Below are positions 13,506 to 25,009 of a stretch of 64,000 nucleotides of DNA, piece after piece. The stretch is from Ramazzottius varieornatus (Eukaryota; Animalia; Tardigrada). The notes below the pieces were generated by a model that made no database searches, was not told the origin of the DNA, and saw only the letters and a program-made list of their open reading frames with translations. Both the position numbers and the translations under genes were made by a program. Within the stretch, counting starts at the first letter, position 1. Each line of letters opens with the position of its first letter. The stretch is taken from positions 2,787,826-2,851,825 of the forward strand of contig BDGG01000002.1 of assembly GCA_001949185.1 (NCBI GenBank), given 5' to 3'.

Positions 13506-15241
13506 ATGTCTGCAAGACTAGGTGGCTTAGTGTCGTACGATGACAGCGATGAAGAGGATGAGCAGCAGAAAGCGCCACCGATGCGGCCACCGCCAACCAT
13601 CCCACCAAAACCACCTCTTCGCGTGGACACCTCCAAGCCACCACCAGGCTACAATCGTCCTTCCGTACCTCTTTTCCCTGGAGTGAGCAGGGAGCCGAAT
13701 GCACCGCCAGCAGGAATAACGTCCAGCTATTCCGACCTGGTGGAGCGTGATGATCGAGGACGTATTCGTGTGGCTGCACCTCGTTTAGATGATCGCGATG
13801 ACGACGATGAAGATGACCGTAAATCCAAGTTTAAGAAGCCCAAAACAATGCAGCTGATTTCGACCGGAGGGTCGGGTCTCATGGCCATCCTTCCCAAACC
13901 GGAAGGTTCGAAAAAGAAAGAGGAGAAAGCAACCGAGGTAAGTAAAATCGGCAACAACAAGTTTGTGTGCATGTTGATGTCGCAAGTTTATGAAGTTCAT
14001 GAAGCATTACAGTATGCTTTTCAGTACGACAGTTTGTTCCAGTCCAAGAAGAGATCAGAAGTTTCTTCATCACCCACCGTTATCGTACCTGAAGTTTCAG
14101 CCATCCGTTTTCAAGCCGAGCAGAAGAAAGCAGCCATGCTGGAGAAATACAAGAAGAAGAAGCCAGAAGAAATACAACCGGAAGTGCCCGAAGATCCGCA
14201 TTACTTTCACCGACGGCACTATCCTCCAGCGGGAGCTGACTACCTCGGGCTGAATGCAGGCTTCATGCCGGACTACCATTACCCTGCCCATTCCTCCGGC
14301 CATCCAGGTGAACAAGCAGGGGCGGACGATGAAGAAGTCGAATGGGAAGTCGACGAGAGTGCCTACAACGACTCGGAACCGTCGTCGATGGGATACGCGC
14401 ATCCTCCTCGCTTTGATAGTGGTCAACTAGACCCTAGTCAAGCAGAGATTCCAGGTCCAGCGTATGGTCTACAACCCGGAGCAGTATGGACTGCAAACTA
14501 TAAATACGACGACGTCCAGCAAATTCTAGGTGAGGAAAGTGGAAATGGTCCAATCAGCCGTTACCAACGGTCGATATGACCATGACGTCACTAGTCCCGC
14601 TGTTAGAACGGACACGTTGCTGGGGTTGATTTCCATATCGCACTGACGTCATGCGCTGCTGCTTATGTTTGGATTTATTCCGTAATAGTTTGCTGATCAG
14701 GGGCGGTTCCCGGGTGTCTTTTCCTGAAGTGCAGATCTGTCAGTGACAGATCGATGAGGCTACTGGACGTTGTCCAGTCACCAGTGCGCCAAATTTCCTT
14801 TTTCAGAATTAAACTGTTTATTGATTTATCGTGATTTTACAGTGCTTATTTTTCGTTCTTGCAGAGCGACCACAGTTTCCACCTGCCGGAAACCCTCGTA
14901 CCTTCAAGACGAACGATCAAGTGCACAACCTGATAGCACGGCATGAGGGTGTGGAGTTTCAGCAGTATCTGAACGCGGGTAACGCAGTCAATATTGTGGA
15001 TTTCCGGGCGGATGAGCACATCGGAAATGCTCGAGCCAACGTGATGCGTTCCCTGACAGACCAGAGCGCCACTCCGTCCCGACCCGTCCAAGTCAAGGGC
15101 AAGGTTAATAAACTAGCTCGCGCAAAGGGCCAGATTACCTACTTGGCTGCACAAGCGGTAGCAAGAGAGACTGAACTCCAGAATGAGTGGGCCAAGGGAA
15201 GACAGACTAGACAGATGGCGGCTAGAAAATATGGATTTTGA
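13506..15241 (+). CDS. PRCC: Proline-rich mitotic checkpoint control factor PRCC; exons 13506-13937, 14043-14529, 14865-15241
   Basis: N-terminal LVSYDDSDEE plus Pro-rich segment, GLMAILPKP motif, and C-terminal KGQITYLAAQAVARETELQNEWAKGRQTRQMAARKYGF*, typical of the PRCC domain. Splice phases are consistent. Confidence 0.88.
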
Positions 15242-15479
15242 GGAAGACGAAATGTGAATGCTTTTCCCACTCTTATATTTGTCGTTTTTACCGCTCTGTT
15301 TGTCCTTCGCGTTAGCAGAATGAATCTGGAAGCATAAGTTTCCGTTTGATAGCCGGCTTGTCGACTACAGCATCGAGAGCTCTTTGGACTAACATGAATA
15401 TATTCGCCACATAGAAAACTTCATCCGTTTCGGGCATCCTTCCAGTAAAACACGGTACTTTCGGAAGCAATGTCGGTTC

Positions 15480-16650
15480 AACCTACTGTAGCCTGGATTT
15501 TTATGAGTTCAGTTTGAACAGAAATGGTGAAAGCCCGACACTGCTGCCATTTTGCTAGGGCTAATGCCCATTGCAAGCTAGGCTTTGTCCCGTACGAGGT
15601 AATACTTTCTAGGAAGTGCGTACTAAGCTGTGCTAACTGGTGAATCCAGTTGACAACTCTCGTCATCCTCCACGTACTTGGAAAACACTCCCTCGAGCCT
15701 ATCCAATTCAATAGAGTAGAAGAGCAGTTGAGCTGCAGCAACTTTTTGCCTCACTGATGGCATATAGAAAGCTTAACAGCCATCAGTTTTCATCACGAAC
15801 AGCTGAACGTAGACAAGGCCGCGTCACGTAGACACATCTTTGGCGAATTACCAAGGTCTGCCGTCGGGTCGTCAGATTGACGGGCAAAACGATGTCAGTT
15901 ATGCTGATTAAACCGCCTAAATAGCTCCATAATCGCTCAGTCTTTCCTTCCCAATCCTCGCTCCCATTCCAACGTGCATAGTTATGGTCCAGAATACTGC
16001 TTACATCCGTCCATTAAACCCACTACAAAAGCTCCATAACCACAATTCACCATACAATATTTTCTTCCTCTTTTCCCTTACCCGGAAATTGACACTTCGT
16101 CAATTTCCAGTAATCACCATTCTCCAGTATGATTTCGAGTACAAATTATAGAAAACTCGGATCTAAAATTAAGGAATCTTCCTTAGCAGAGCCGCCCGGT
16201 GCAATATTCCATCTTCTTTTTCAAGTTGTCGTGTAAGTATACTAAGGTTTAAGGGCAAATTTCTCGGGTTACCAATGTAGTGATTTACTAACTCGCCATC
16301 TATTACATACTCCGTCACTTTATGTAAAGCAGAGCAGACAGCCACAATTGCCATACACAATTCAACGCACTAACACCCACACAACCGCAGCTCTCGTCAT
16401 GTTGCCATGAAGAACAGCAGCTCCAGCGAGAACTTTGTACAACTAGCCGATAAACGTTGCTATAACTCTTATACTTACACACCAGCCCACACTGACGGAT
16501 CGTTAACGGGCTTAAGCTTTGGAAAAAGACAAGTCGAGTTGAAGGATGCGGTGTGACCGGGACGAACTACAGTGCAACAGAGGAGGCATAATTAAAGAAG
16601 ATGAGCAGTAGGAACCAGCTCCTGTCGGCATTCCTGGGCCATTAACGCCC
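15480..16650 (-). pseudogene. Highly decayed transposase-like relic, possibly KDZ (Kyakuja-Dileera-Zisupton) class
   Basis: Broken minus-strand frames give GVSALNC, DGELVNHY, RVFYNL, CQFP and GSEDWEGKTERLWSYLGGLISIT...TRRQTL, resembling the KDZ G..DGE..ER.WS.L motif. Many stops and frameshifts. Confidence 0.4.
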
Positions 16651-16957
16651 GCTGTCGAGAGCCTCCACGACGCGTTAACGTTAATGACTATCGATTTTCC
16701 ACATGAAGCACTTTGCTGGATTGAAAAGAACGAAGGTCCCCGCGCTCTCCAAGCTTAGCTTACTGACTCCTGCTCTCCACCGCGGTGGGAAAGCTCCTCA
16801 GTAGCTTCCTCGAGCTCTCATTTCACGTGTTGCCATCCGTACGCCGCTCCATTCATTCTCCGGTTTCCTCTTCCCAATTATTCTCACGGATCAATGCCTG
16901 CAATCTGACACTGCAAAAGGCTTTCAACTGACTGACTTTTTCCCTCTTCTTTGCGCA

Positions 16958-18707
16958 ATGACTTCGAAAGAAACACCTTTGAGTGCTCGAAGTGCGCTTT
17001 TGGCCAGGAACCAGTCCGATGTTCGGTCGAAGATCGAAGCCATCCAGACCGACTGCGGGGTTTTACAAGCGCGCAATGCATTCCTGGAGAAAGAAGTAGC
17101 CACTTTGAGACTTGCCGACGAGAAGAGAGCTGCAATGCTGGTGGAAGTCTTGAAGCATGTTGACGTCATTGAAAAAGCACTGCATTCCTTGAATCCGTCG
17201 GAGCAGCCATTGATCAACCAAGAGAACCACCTCGAGTACGTTACGTCGGCGAGGAAGAGCTCAAAGTTCTACCCGTTTGTCAGAAACTCAAAATTCAATA
17301 CACACCACGCTTCACCAGAGCCGGAGAGTCCGGTCTTCCGCAATAAGAACCGGAAGTTTTCCTTGCAGCATCCAAACCAGCTAGTCCGAGATGGGAACTT
17401 TGTCATGCCGATGACTATTCCAGAATGGAAAGAAAGGTAAGCTTTTAGTCTGTTCTACTCGTGCGTATGGTCCCACGTTCATGTTGTCTTGAGTATTCGT
17501 AATTGGCAATTGCAAGCGTCTACGCCCGGCGTTTGGCCGCATACTCTTATAAGAAGCTGCTCCAAAACACGTCTCTGGGCTGGCCACCCATTTTGAAGAT
17601 CTTATGGCAATGGAGAATTCCAGTTGAGGCTTTTAGATTATCGCTGAATCGACAACTAAATCAGAATTCAGTGTTATCAGAGGAAAAATATCGTAGAAAG
17701 TTAATATCGAGATTTGTCGGATTCTAATCCACTGTCAGTCTCAATTCGGCAATGGTTGAATATGGATAGATCTGACAAGGGGATGACGGCAACCGTTGAA
17801 TCCCGATGCTGAAACCGATACTGCAGGAAGATAGGAGTTTCCTACAGTTTAAGCTATATAGACCTAGTCAGAAGAAAAATCCTGGAAGCTACTGCGGGAT
17901 CCGGAAGTTACGGCTCCCAGACGCTGCAGTGACGTAAAGATNNNNNNNNNNNNNNNNNNNNNNNNNNNNNNNNNNNNNNNNNNNNNNNNNNCATGAAGCG
18001 GTGCTAACGGATTTTGGTAGACCGCTCTGTCCCACGATGTCAGACAGCTGATGGGCTGATGAATTTATGCTCAATCAAAAAGCTCAATCAAGGATCTTTA
18101 CGTCATTGCAGCGTCTGGGAGCCATAACTTCCGGATCCCGCAGTAGCTTCTAGGATTTTCCTTCTGACTAGGTCGATAGCTCAAACTGTAGGAAACTCTC
18201 TTCTATCTTCCTGCAGTATCGGTTTCAGCACCGGGATTTAACGGTTGCCGTTATCCCTTTGTGAGGATCTGAAGAAATGTGTAGACTGATGGGACCACAG
18301 GACGTCCTCACACCAAATGAAACCTTTGATTTTTGACGTTGAATTTTCTCTCTTTTAGCGTGCACCAGGCGAATTCGGAAAGTGCGGTACATGTGCGGAC
18401 CTTCGCAGATGGCGCCAGCAGCAAAGATCAACTCCTCGCCAACGCTGCTCACTCGATAAAGGAAGTGCGCCGAGTGCTGTCGGATAAAGACTATCGTAAA
18501 CCCCGCACCAACTCAGCCCCTCACACACCCAGCCGACCTACCAAAAGGGGCTCAGTCCTCGAACAAAACTACGTCGATCTCGCGCCTTCGACATCAGAAC
18601 CAGCGGAGCGGCATAACGAAACCAAGAAATCTGGAAAGACAAAAGAGCACGCTACCGGCAAAGCTCCCTACGAACAAGCTGCTGTATTTTTCTGTGAAAT
18701 TACTTAG
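16958..18707 (+). CDS. Uncharacterised protein with N-terminal coiled coil (exons about 16958-17436 and 18359-18707)
   Basis: 160-aa ORF with a heptad-like stretch ends at AG|gtaag (phase 2). It joins in frame to acceptor ttttag|C GTG at 18359. Start and end are uncertain. Confidence 0.5.
17776..18261. mobile_element. Non-autonomous Tc4/Tc5-type foldback element spanning the assembly gap
   Basis: About 165-bp inverted arms (caaggggatgacggcaaccg... / ...cggttgccgttatccctttg). Flanked by TGA on both sides within a C-TGA-G target (CTNAG). Confidence 0.85.
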
Positions 18708-20575
18708 AGGTTAAAATAAAAGCTTTCAGTAAGCTCTGGTAACAAGAATTTCCGTTATTTTGCTGTTTCACATGAAGATTGTTCTGCATACTGCATGTTT
18801 ATCTGTCGGACTACGATATTCTATGCATGGAAGTCATCGAGCGAACGTGGGAAATCAGCTGCAGCAGGGGAGAAGATAACAGCAGTTGTCTACAGTTAGC
18901 AGGAACTTCCAGGTGGTGCTGACATCTGTGATTGACAGTTTCATTCATCTGAATCGTCCTTTGAAACCAACTTGTAACACGTTTTGGTGAATGCGGTTTT
19001 CCTCTAACTTTTGCAGAATTTGCAGAAGGAAGGAACCCATCGATAAGCTGCAAGTACTGTCTCAACGATGAAGGAGTCGGTGTGCTCGTGATCGTAATCT
19101 GACAAGTAGAGAATTACCATCATTGAGGTTACACGTGTGATACGATTCAACAAAGAAATTGTCTCAAATAGGGTTCCTCCTCTCCGGATTTTACGACTAC
19201 GAAATTACTGTCACGTTCCCGTATCGGGGTCTGACTCCGTGTTTGTCGTCCTGGCTGCCGAATTTTTACAGTATCCTTCGCTTGATCAGTTTATCTACCA
19301 CCTTCTGGTGCATTCAGTTGCGCCCGTCTTGTGCTACCACCGGTTTCACTGTCATGTTGTTTGATGATCGTCGTTACCCAAACGTTCGCTGACGTACAAT
19401 GTAAGCAGAACTTTTGACAGTAGCGGTCAGTTACGTCAACAAGCGGGAAGTGTGAAAAGGTCATGACAGGTGTATTCATCAACCGATGGACACTTTTGAC
19501 ACTTGGTTGTTTACTGCTACGATATAACGGTCGACTCATCTAAAATTTCAAAGCTTGTCACTGTGTCCAGCTATCAGGTGAGTTCACAATCCGGTTGTCC
19601 TTCCCGCCACATTAAAAAATGGATTCTTTCACCGTATCGAAAAAGTTACAGAAGAGGCTCTGGCGTGCAACGGCGTACTCCACCATATAATTACCAGCCA
19701 TTCAGTCGTTTTGTATAGGAAACAGCCAATCATCTAGAACACCATCAAACTCTTCTTTTCAGTGATACACTACCGTTTCTCCTCCTTTTCCCAATGGTTC
19801 CCCTCACGCCAACCATCAGTGCATTCCGGTTCACTCTTTCGGTCCAACTCGATCATTGCGGTTGTCAGCCGACCGACGTAAGTCTTTTGTTCTAGGAATT
19901 CTCGTGATTCATTACTCTGACGTACTTCGAGATCATTCAACGTGTTGCGAACGTGGCGCAGTCCTTCAGGTGCAATTATACAGTGAAATATGGGCAGGTC
20001 AATTACCGAGCCGGTGTGAAATTGTGCTATTAGTTTACGCTGGTACCCTTACTACCCTCGGTTACGTTGGCTCGGAAGGATTATAAAGCGAGTGAGACCG
20101 AGCGAGCTTCCAGTTCCGCTGTAGCGCCGGCAGCTCAGCTTGACTAGTCGGTGTTGCCGTCGATTGTGCTCCGTGGCTCTAATTGTACAGGAGTGCCGTA
20201 TTGGCTTCCGCTTCTGTCCTTCTCACTGCACACTGCATACTTCCACTTGGCAGTCTAGCGGACCGTGTCTTCCTTCCTGAAGATTATGTTGGTATCGCGT
20301 TCGGTTTCTTTTACGGTGTTGTTGTTGAGTCACACGTAATTTTTCGAATGATTTCAGCCTCGCCTTAATTAATGTCGACGGCAAAGAAGACATCACAACT
20401 GTCCATTCAAGGCGCGGATCTGCATTTCTGGATAGTGAAACCTTCCTCTGATCCTTCTACATCCGAATTTCGTTCTGGGTCGGTTCTTGAACTCTAGTTG
20501 GGAGCGTCTACGAGAAGGACTCACATCTGTGTCAGACTGAATAGTGGATAGTGAAGCTACGTCTGTAGAAGAAAA

Positions 20576-23500
20576 ATGGACGTGGAAGAGTATCGTCGAA
20601 GAGGTACGTTTCTTTGTCGAGTGCGTATGCCTACGTTGACTGTTGTGGGTTCAGCAATCATAATATTATCCTTAGATCAGCGGAAAGGTTTACTTGCGTG
20701 ATAGCTACAGGCAATATCCAATTTAGCAGATAGCTTCACTTAGGCGTAATACCGATCTTGCAAGGTGTTTTTCCCACTGTCGATGCAAGTCTGCATCAAA
20801 AGTTGTTGAAATTATTGATAAAGATCAGTTGAACATCGACGGCTATAGCTCGTCTTTCAAAAATACAGAAAACGAACAATGCAGGTCGGTTTGGGGACAG
20901 ACTGACCTTTTCCAATATTGATTACTGCCTGTGGTGAACAGCAGATCCGGAAGTGTTTGAGCTTGTTGAAAACTATGAGCCCGGTTCTGTGGCACGCACT
21001 GTTGTGGTTCCCGTTCATAGTTTCAAAGCACGAAGAGTGTTCCTCGTATAGTTAAACATTTTGACAGTCTGAATACTATACAGAAATATGGCAGTGTGAC
21101 AGGCTGGAGTTTTCGAGTCACAGTATAAATGAGATTGGTTTCACCTGGAAGGAAAATTACATTTGGTGGCGAACGATAAAGGCTGACTAGTAGAACGAAA
21201 ACAGCAAAAAAACTCATGCGAGCTTTCATTATGCTTTGCAGGCAAGGAAATGGTTGACTACATTGCCGACTACCTCCAGAACATCCGCTCGCGTCGCGTG
21301 TTTCCCAACGTTCAACCGGGTTACATGCGTGAGCTGGTTCCCGACAGTGCGCCAGAGAACGGCGAACCTTGGGAAGCCATCTTTGGCGACATTGAACGGG
21401 TGGTCATGCCCGGGGTAACAACTTCTGTTTTTGTGTCTAGTAAATTACCCATCGATACTTTGTGCTCATATGCACTTGTCCTCTATCCAGGTAACGCACT
21501 GGCAAAGTCCCTACATGCACGCTTACTTCCCGGCTCTCAACTCCTTCCCATCCTTGTTGGGTGACATGTTGTCAGATGCTGTCAACTGTCTCGGCTTCAC
21601 CTGGGTACGTAACTTAACTCTGACTGACCTCACCCACATCAAGGAACGCAGCTGACCATCATTACTGTTTGCTCATTCTCGCGTTTCCTCGTGTGCATGT
21701 GTGTCAAACCGGAAATGACAGCCCCCCTAATCTGTTACCTGACACCACGTCGGAAAATATATAATATAATATAATAATATAATATATAATAATATAATCA
21801 CTTGCACCTGAGAATACTGTTGTTTGCTCAGTTGACTAGTGAGAGATGACGTCGACTGTGTTTTTTTCAGGCATCGAGCCCAGCTTGTACCGAACTGGAA
21901 ACCATCGTGATGGATTGGCTGGGCAAAGCTATCGGCTTACCTAAAGAGTTCTTGCACAGTGACACATCGTCAGGTGGTGGCGTCATCCAGGTAATCTTTC
22001 AACCCCAACGACTTGCTTTCTAAAAGGAAGGCTTGTTCCTCCGCGATAAACAATTAATCATGCGGCTTTGTTTCTGTTGATCGGTAGTCAACTTGCTGTG
22101 AGGCAACCTTTGTAGCATTACTCGCTGCTCGCACGGAGGCTATTCGGCGAGTTCGTCAAATACGCCCTGACTTGGACGACTCGGAGATCAACAGTCGTCT
22201 TGTTGGATACTGTTCCGATCAGGTACAGTACACGCACGGCAGGAAGTTATGGGACAGTAAAAATTATGGGACAGGCCTTTCTGCTACGGCAGTAAGGAAG
22301 CACGTACTAACGCGACCAATCCACAGTAATACACTTTTCTAAGATCGAATTTCCATCGTACCGTCCTTTCCGTCTGTCCCATAATTTCTCATCATGCGTG
22401 TACCAATCACAACAGACTGGTCTTATTACCCTGTGGTAGAAACACTGTAAAAAACAAGCATCGTTTTTCAAGTATAGATTACGTTGAACTACCGACGCTG
22501 AAAATTTGCAATCGTGACTGGTTTAGAAAACTGGGATGTCGTGATGGAATTTCAGGCACATAGCTCGGTCTTTTTTCAGGCACATAGCTCAGTGGAGAAA
22601 GCCGGCTTGATTGGCCTCGTCAAACTACGTTTGGTTCAGAGTGACTCTCATTTGAGCCTTCGAGGTGAAGCGTTCCGTGCCGCCGTCGAAGCCGATGTTG
22701 CTGATGGACTCATACCTTTCTTCGTAAGTCCACGCCGAATTTACGTTTGTCGGGATCTAGTCTCCCATCAACGTGAACCTTTCTTTAGTTATGCGCAACC
22801 CTGGGAACAACTGGAGCATGCGCATTCGACAACCTGGTGGAACTCGGCCCAATCTGTAAGAGTACAGGCGTAAGCCTAATAGCCATACTGTACATTGGAA
22901 ACCAGAGCCAGTTGATTACACAAAGGCCTTGGGTTGTCAGGTCATGAAGAAAACATCTGGATGCACATTGACGCAGCGTATGCCGGTGCCGCCTTCATCT
23001 GTCCCGAATACCGGGTTCCGTACTTGCAAGGTGTCGAGTATTCGCAGTCCTTTGCGTTTAATCCCTCAAAGTGGCTGATGGTACACTTCGACTGCACGGC
23101 CATGTGGTATGATACCCCTCTTTTAAAGTAGTACACCACACGAAGTAGATCAAGTCGCTTCTGGATTACTCTACAGGGTTAAAAATAGCCGCGCTTTACA
23201 TCGGACATTCAACGTGGACCCATTGTACCTTCGGCACGAAAAGTCGGGCGATGCCATTGACTACATGGTAAGTGTAACTCCCTTCCGTGTACGATAATCA
23301 GAGTCATGAAACCCACGTGCATGATGCCGTGGTCAATAAAAGAAGCATGTCGGTAGTTTCCTTCATAAGCTGAAATCTTTCCTTAGCACTGGCAAATTCC
23401 CCTGAGTCGCCGGTTCCGTTCGCTGAAGCTGTGGTTCGTCATGCGGAGTTTCGGGTTGAAAGGACTCCAAAAGCATATACGTCACGTGAGCACTTCAATC

Positions 23501-25009
23501 TTTAGGTCATTGGCAAGCGAACTCACCCAGATCGTCATCCCAAGTGGCGCACGCTTTCGCCCATCAACAATGCAAACGTGCGCCACTTGTGATGACTAAA
23601 TGGCGCAACTTTGTATTGCTGACAGCTGAGAGCATGCGCGGCTTGAAACAACAATCTGGATGAACTTACTGTAATGCTTCACGAACTTGGCAAAGTGAGT
23701 CATCATAGGCGTGAAACATCCCTTAGCTGGTTGTGTGGGTATGGTTCTCGACCTGGGTGCAACTTCACCCGTATGATGACTCACTTCGCCAAGTTCATGA
23801 AGCATTACAGTATTTGCCGGCGACCCTAATGTCAGATAACCATGTGATGGCTAAGCTTTACACCTAAAAATGCACAGGGCATCGCAATGGCGAGGGAGTT
23901 TGAAGAGCTTCTTCGCGGTGACGCCATGTTCGAGATTCCAGCTGAACGAATTTTGGGCATGGTGGTGTTCCGATTGGCCGGCGAGAACGAGCGGACGGAG
24001 ATGTTGCTGAAACAGCTCAATCGGTCGGGCTTGATCCATATGGTTCCCGCCAGCCTACACAACCTGTATATCATTCGCTTCACGGTGACGTCACAGTATA
24101 CTACCTTGGAGGACATTCGCCGCGACTTCAACATTATCCGCACAGCTTCCAAGATTCTTCTGGCCGAAATCAAGAAACACGAGAATGTAACGGCGAACAA
24201 CGCCAGAGGACAAGTGAAAATGGTGAACGGGAACAAGGGAGAGGAGGAAGAGAAGAAGGAGTTCGGAGTCAGTTTGCTGTTGTCTAACAGCCCGCTTTCA
24301 CCAAAATTCATTAACGGCAGCTTCGGTAAGATTCAACTATTCGCAGTCCAGAGCGTAATAGAATGGTAATAATTGTCTCACCTGTTGCGTCACTGAAAGT
24401 GCACTCTTCATCTAAACAGAAAATTGGGTTCGAAACAGTGGATGCCGACCTGTAACAAAAGTGATCATGGGATTTTTTTCAGCCGCCATATTCGGGAACT
24501 CGGACATTGCAAAAGAATTCGCTCGTCAGCTGAACCGCCACCTTAACCTGTACCACATGCAAGGTCGCCGTCGTCCACACCGCAAACAAATAGAGAAGCT
24601 GATCGGCAAGAACCGTCAGTACAGCCTCGACTCGCGTATCCAGTCTATTTGCGACACGATCGAGGGTTACTTACCAGATTTGGAAGAGATGAACTCAGAG
24701 TACGGTGACGGATCTCCAGAGGAAGAAGTCACGGAACCAAACGGAAGTGACCGCGGCAGTGGTTCACCGAATCAAGACCATCGCGAACGCCGTGGACGCT
24801 CCAAGTCGGTGTGCGACATAACCGGAGATCCGGCTGACTTGGATAATCGAGAGAACGCATACCATCAGTTCGCCAACCATATGCTACAGATGCACAGATC
24901 ACCGTCGCTGAACCATGAATCGAGTCTAATGAAGAATGGTACCAGCGGAGAGCAGGACTTCATAGAGACCACGGTACATGTGCCGTCAGGACCTTCTGGA
25001 ACATGTTGA
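20576..25009 (+). CDS. Hdc: Histidine decarboxylase (PLP-dependent group II decarboxylase), about 12 exons
   Basis: [10 protein letters not shown]|[28 protein letters not shown]..., [39 protein letters not shown]-lysine motif [31 protein letters not shown], and the invertebrate-HDC-type [22 protein letters not shown] tail. Canonical splice sites; stop at 25007-25009. Confidence 0.93.
21758..21798. repeat. AT-only microsatellite (ATAAT/ATA)n in an Hdc intron
   Basis: atatataatataatataataatataatatataataatataat. Confidence 0.85.
22231..22400. mobile_element. MITE with TA flanks (CACGC.. TIR family) in an Hdc intron
   Basis: TA|cacgcacggcaggaagttatgggacag ... ctgtcccataatttctcatcatgcgtg|TA. Relatives at 35974-36118 and partial ends near 25790-25820 and 26180-26228. 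Confidence 0.75.
23669..23810. mobile_element. MITE with TA flanks (CTGTAATGCTTCA TIR family) in an Hdc intron
   Basis: TA|ctgtaatgcttcacgaacttggcaaagtgagtcatcata ... tatgatgactcacttcgccaagttcatgaagcattacag|TA. Second copy at 35836-35957; single end in PRCC intron 1 (about 13993-14014). Confidence 0.85.

Noticed and set aside
20576-25009. Alternative call as DOPA or tyrosine decarboxylase
   Set aside because: NPSKW (not NPHK or NPNK), YFPALNS and the [15 protein letters not shown] tail fit histidine decarboxylase.
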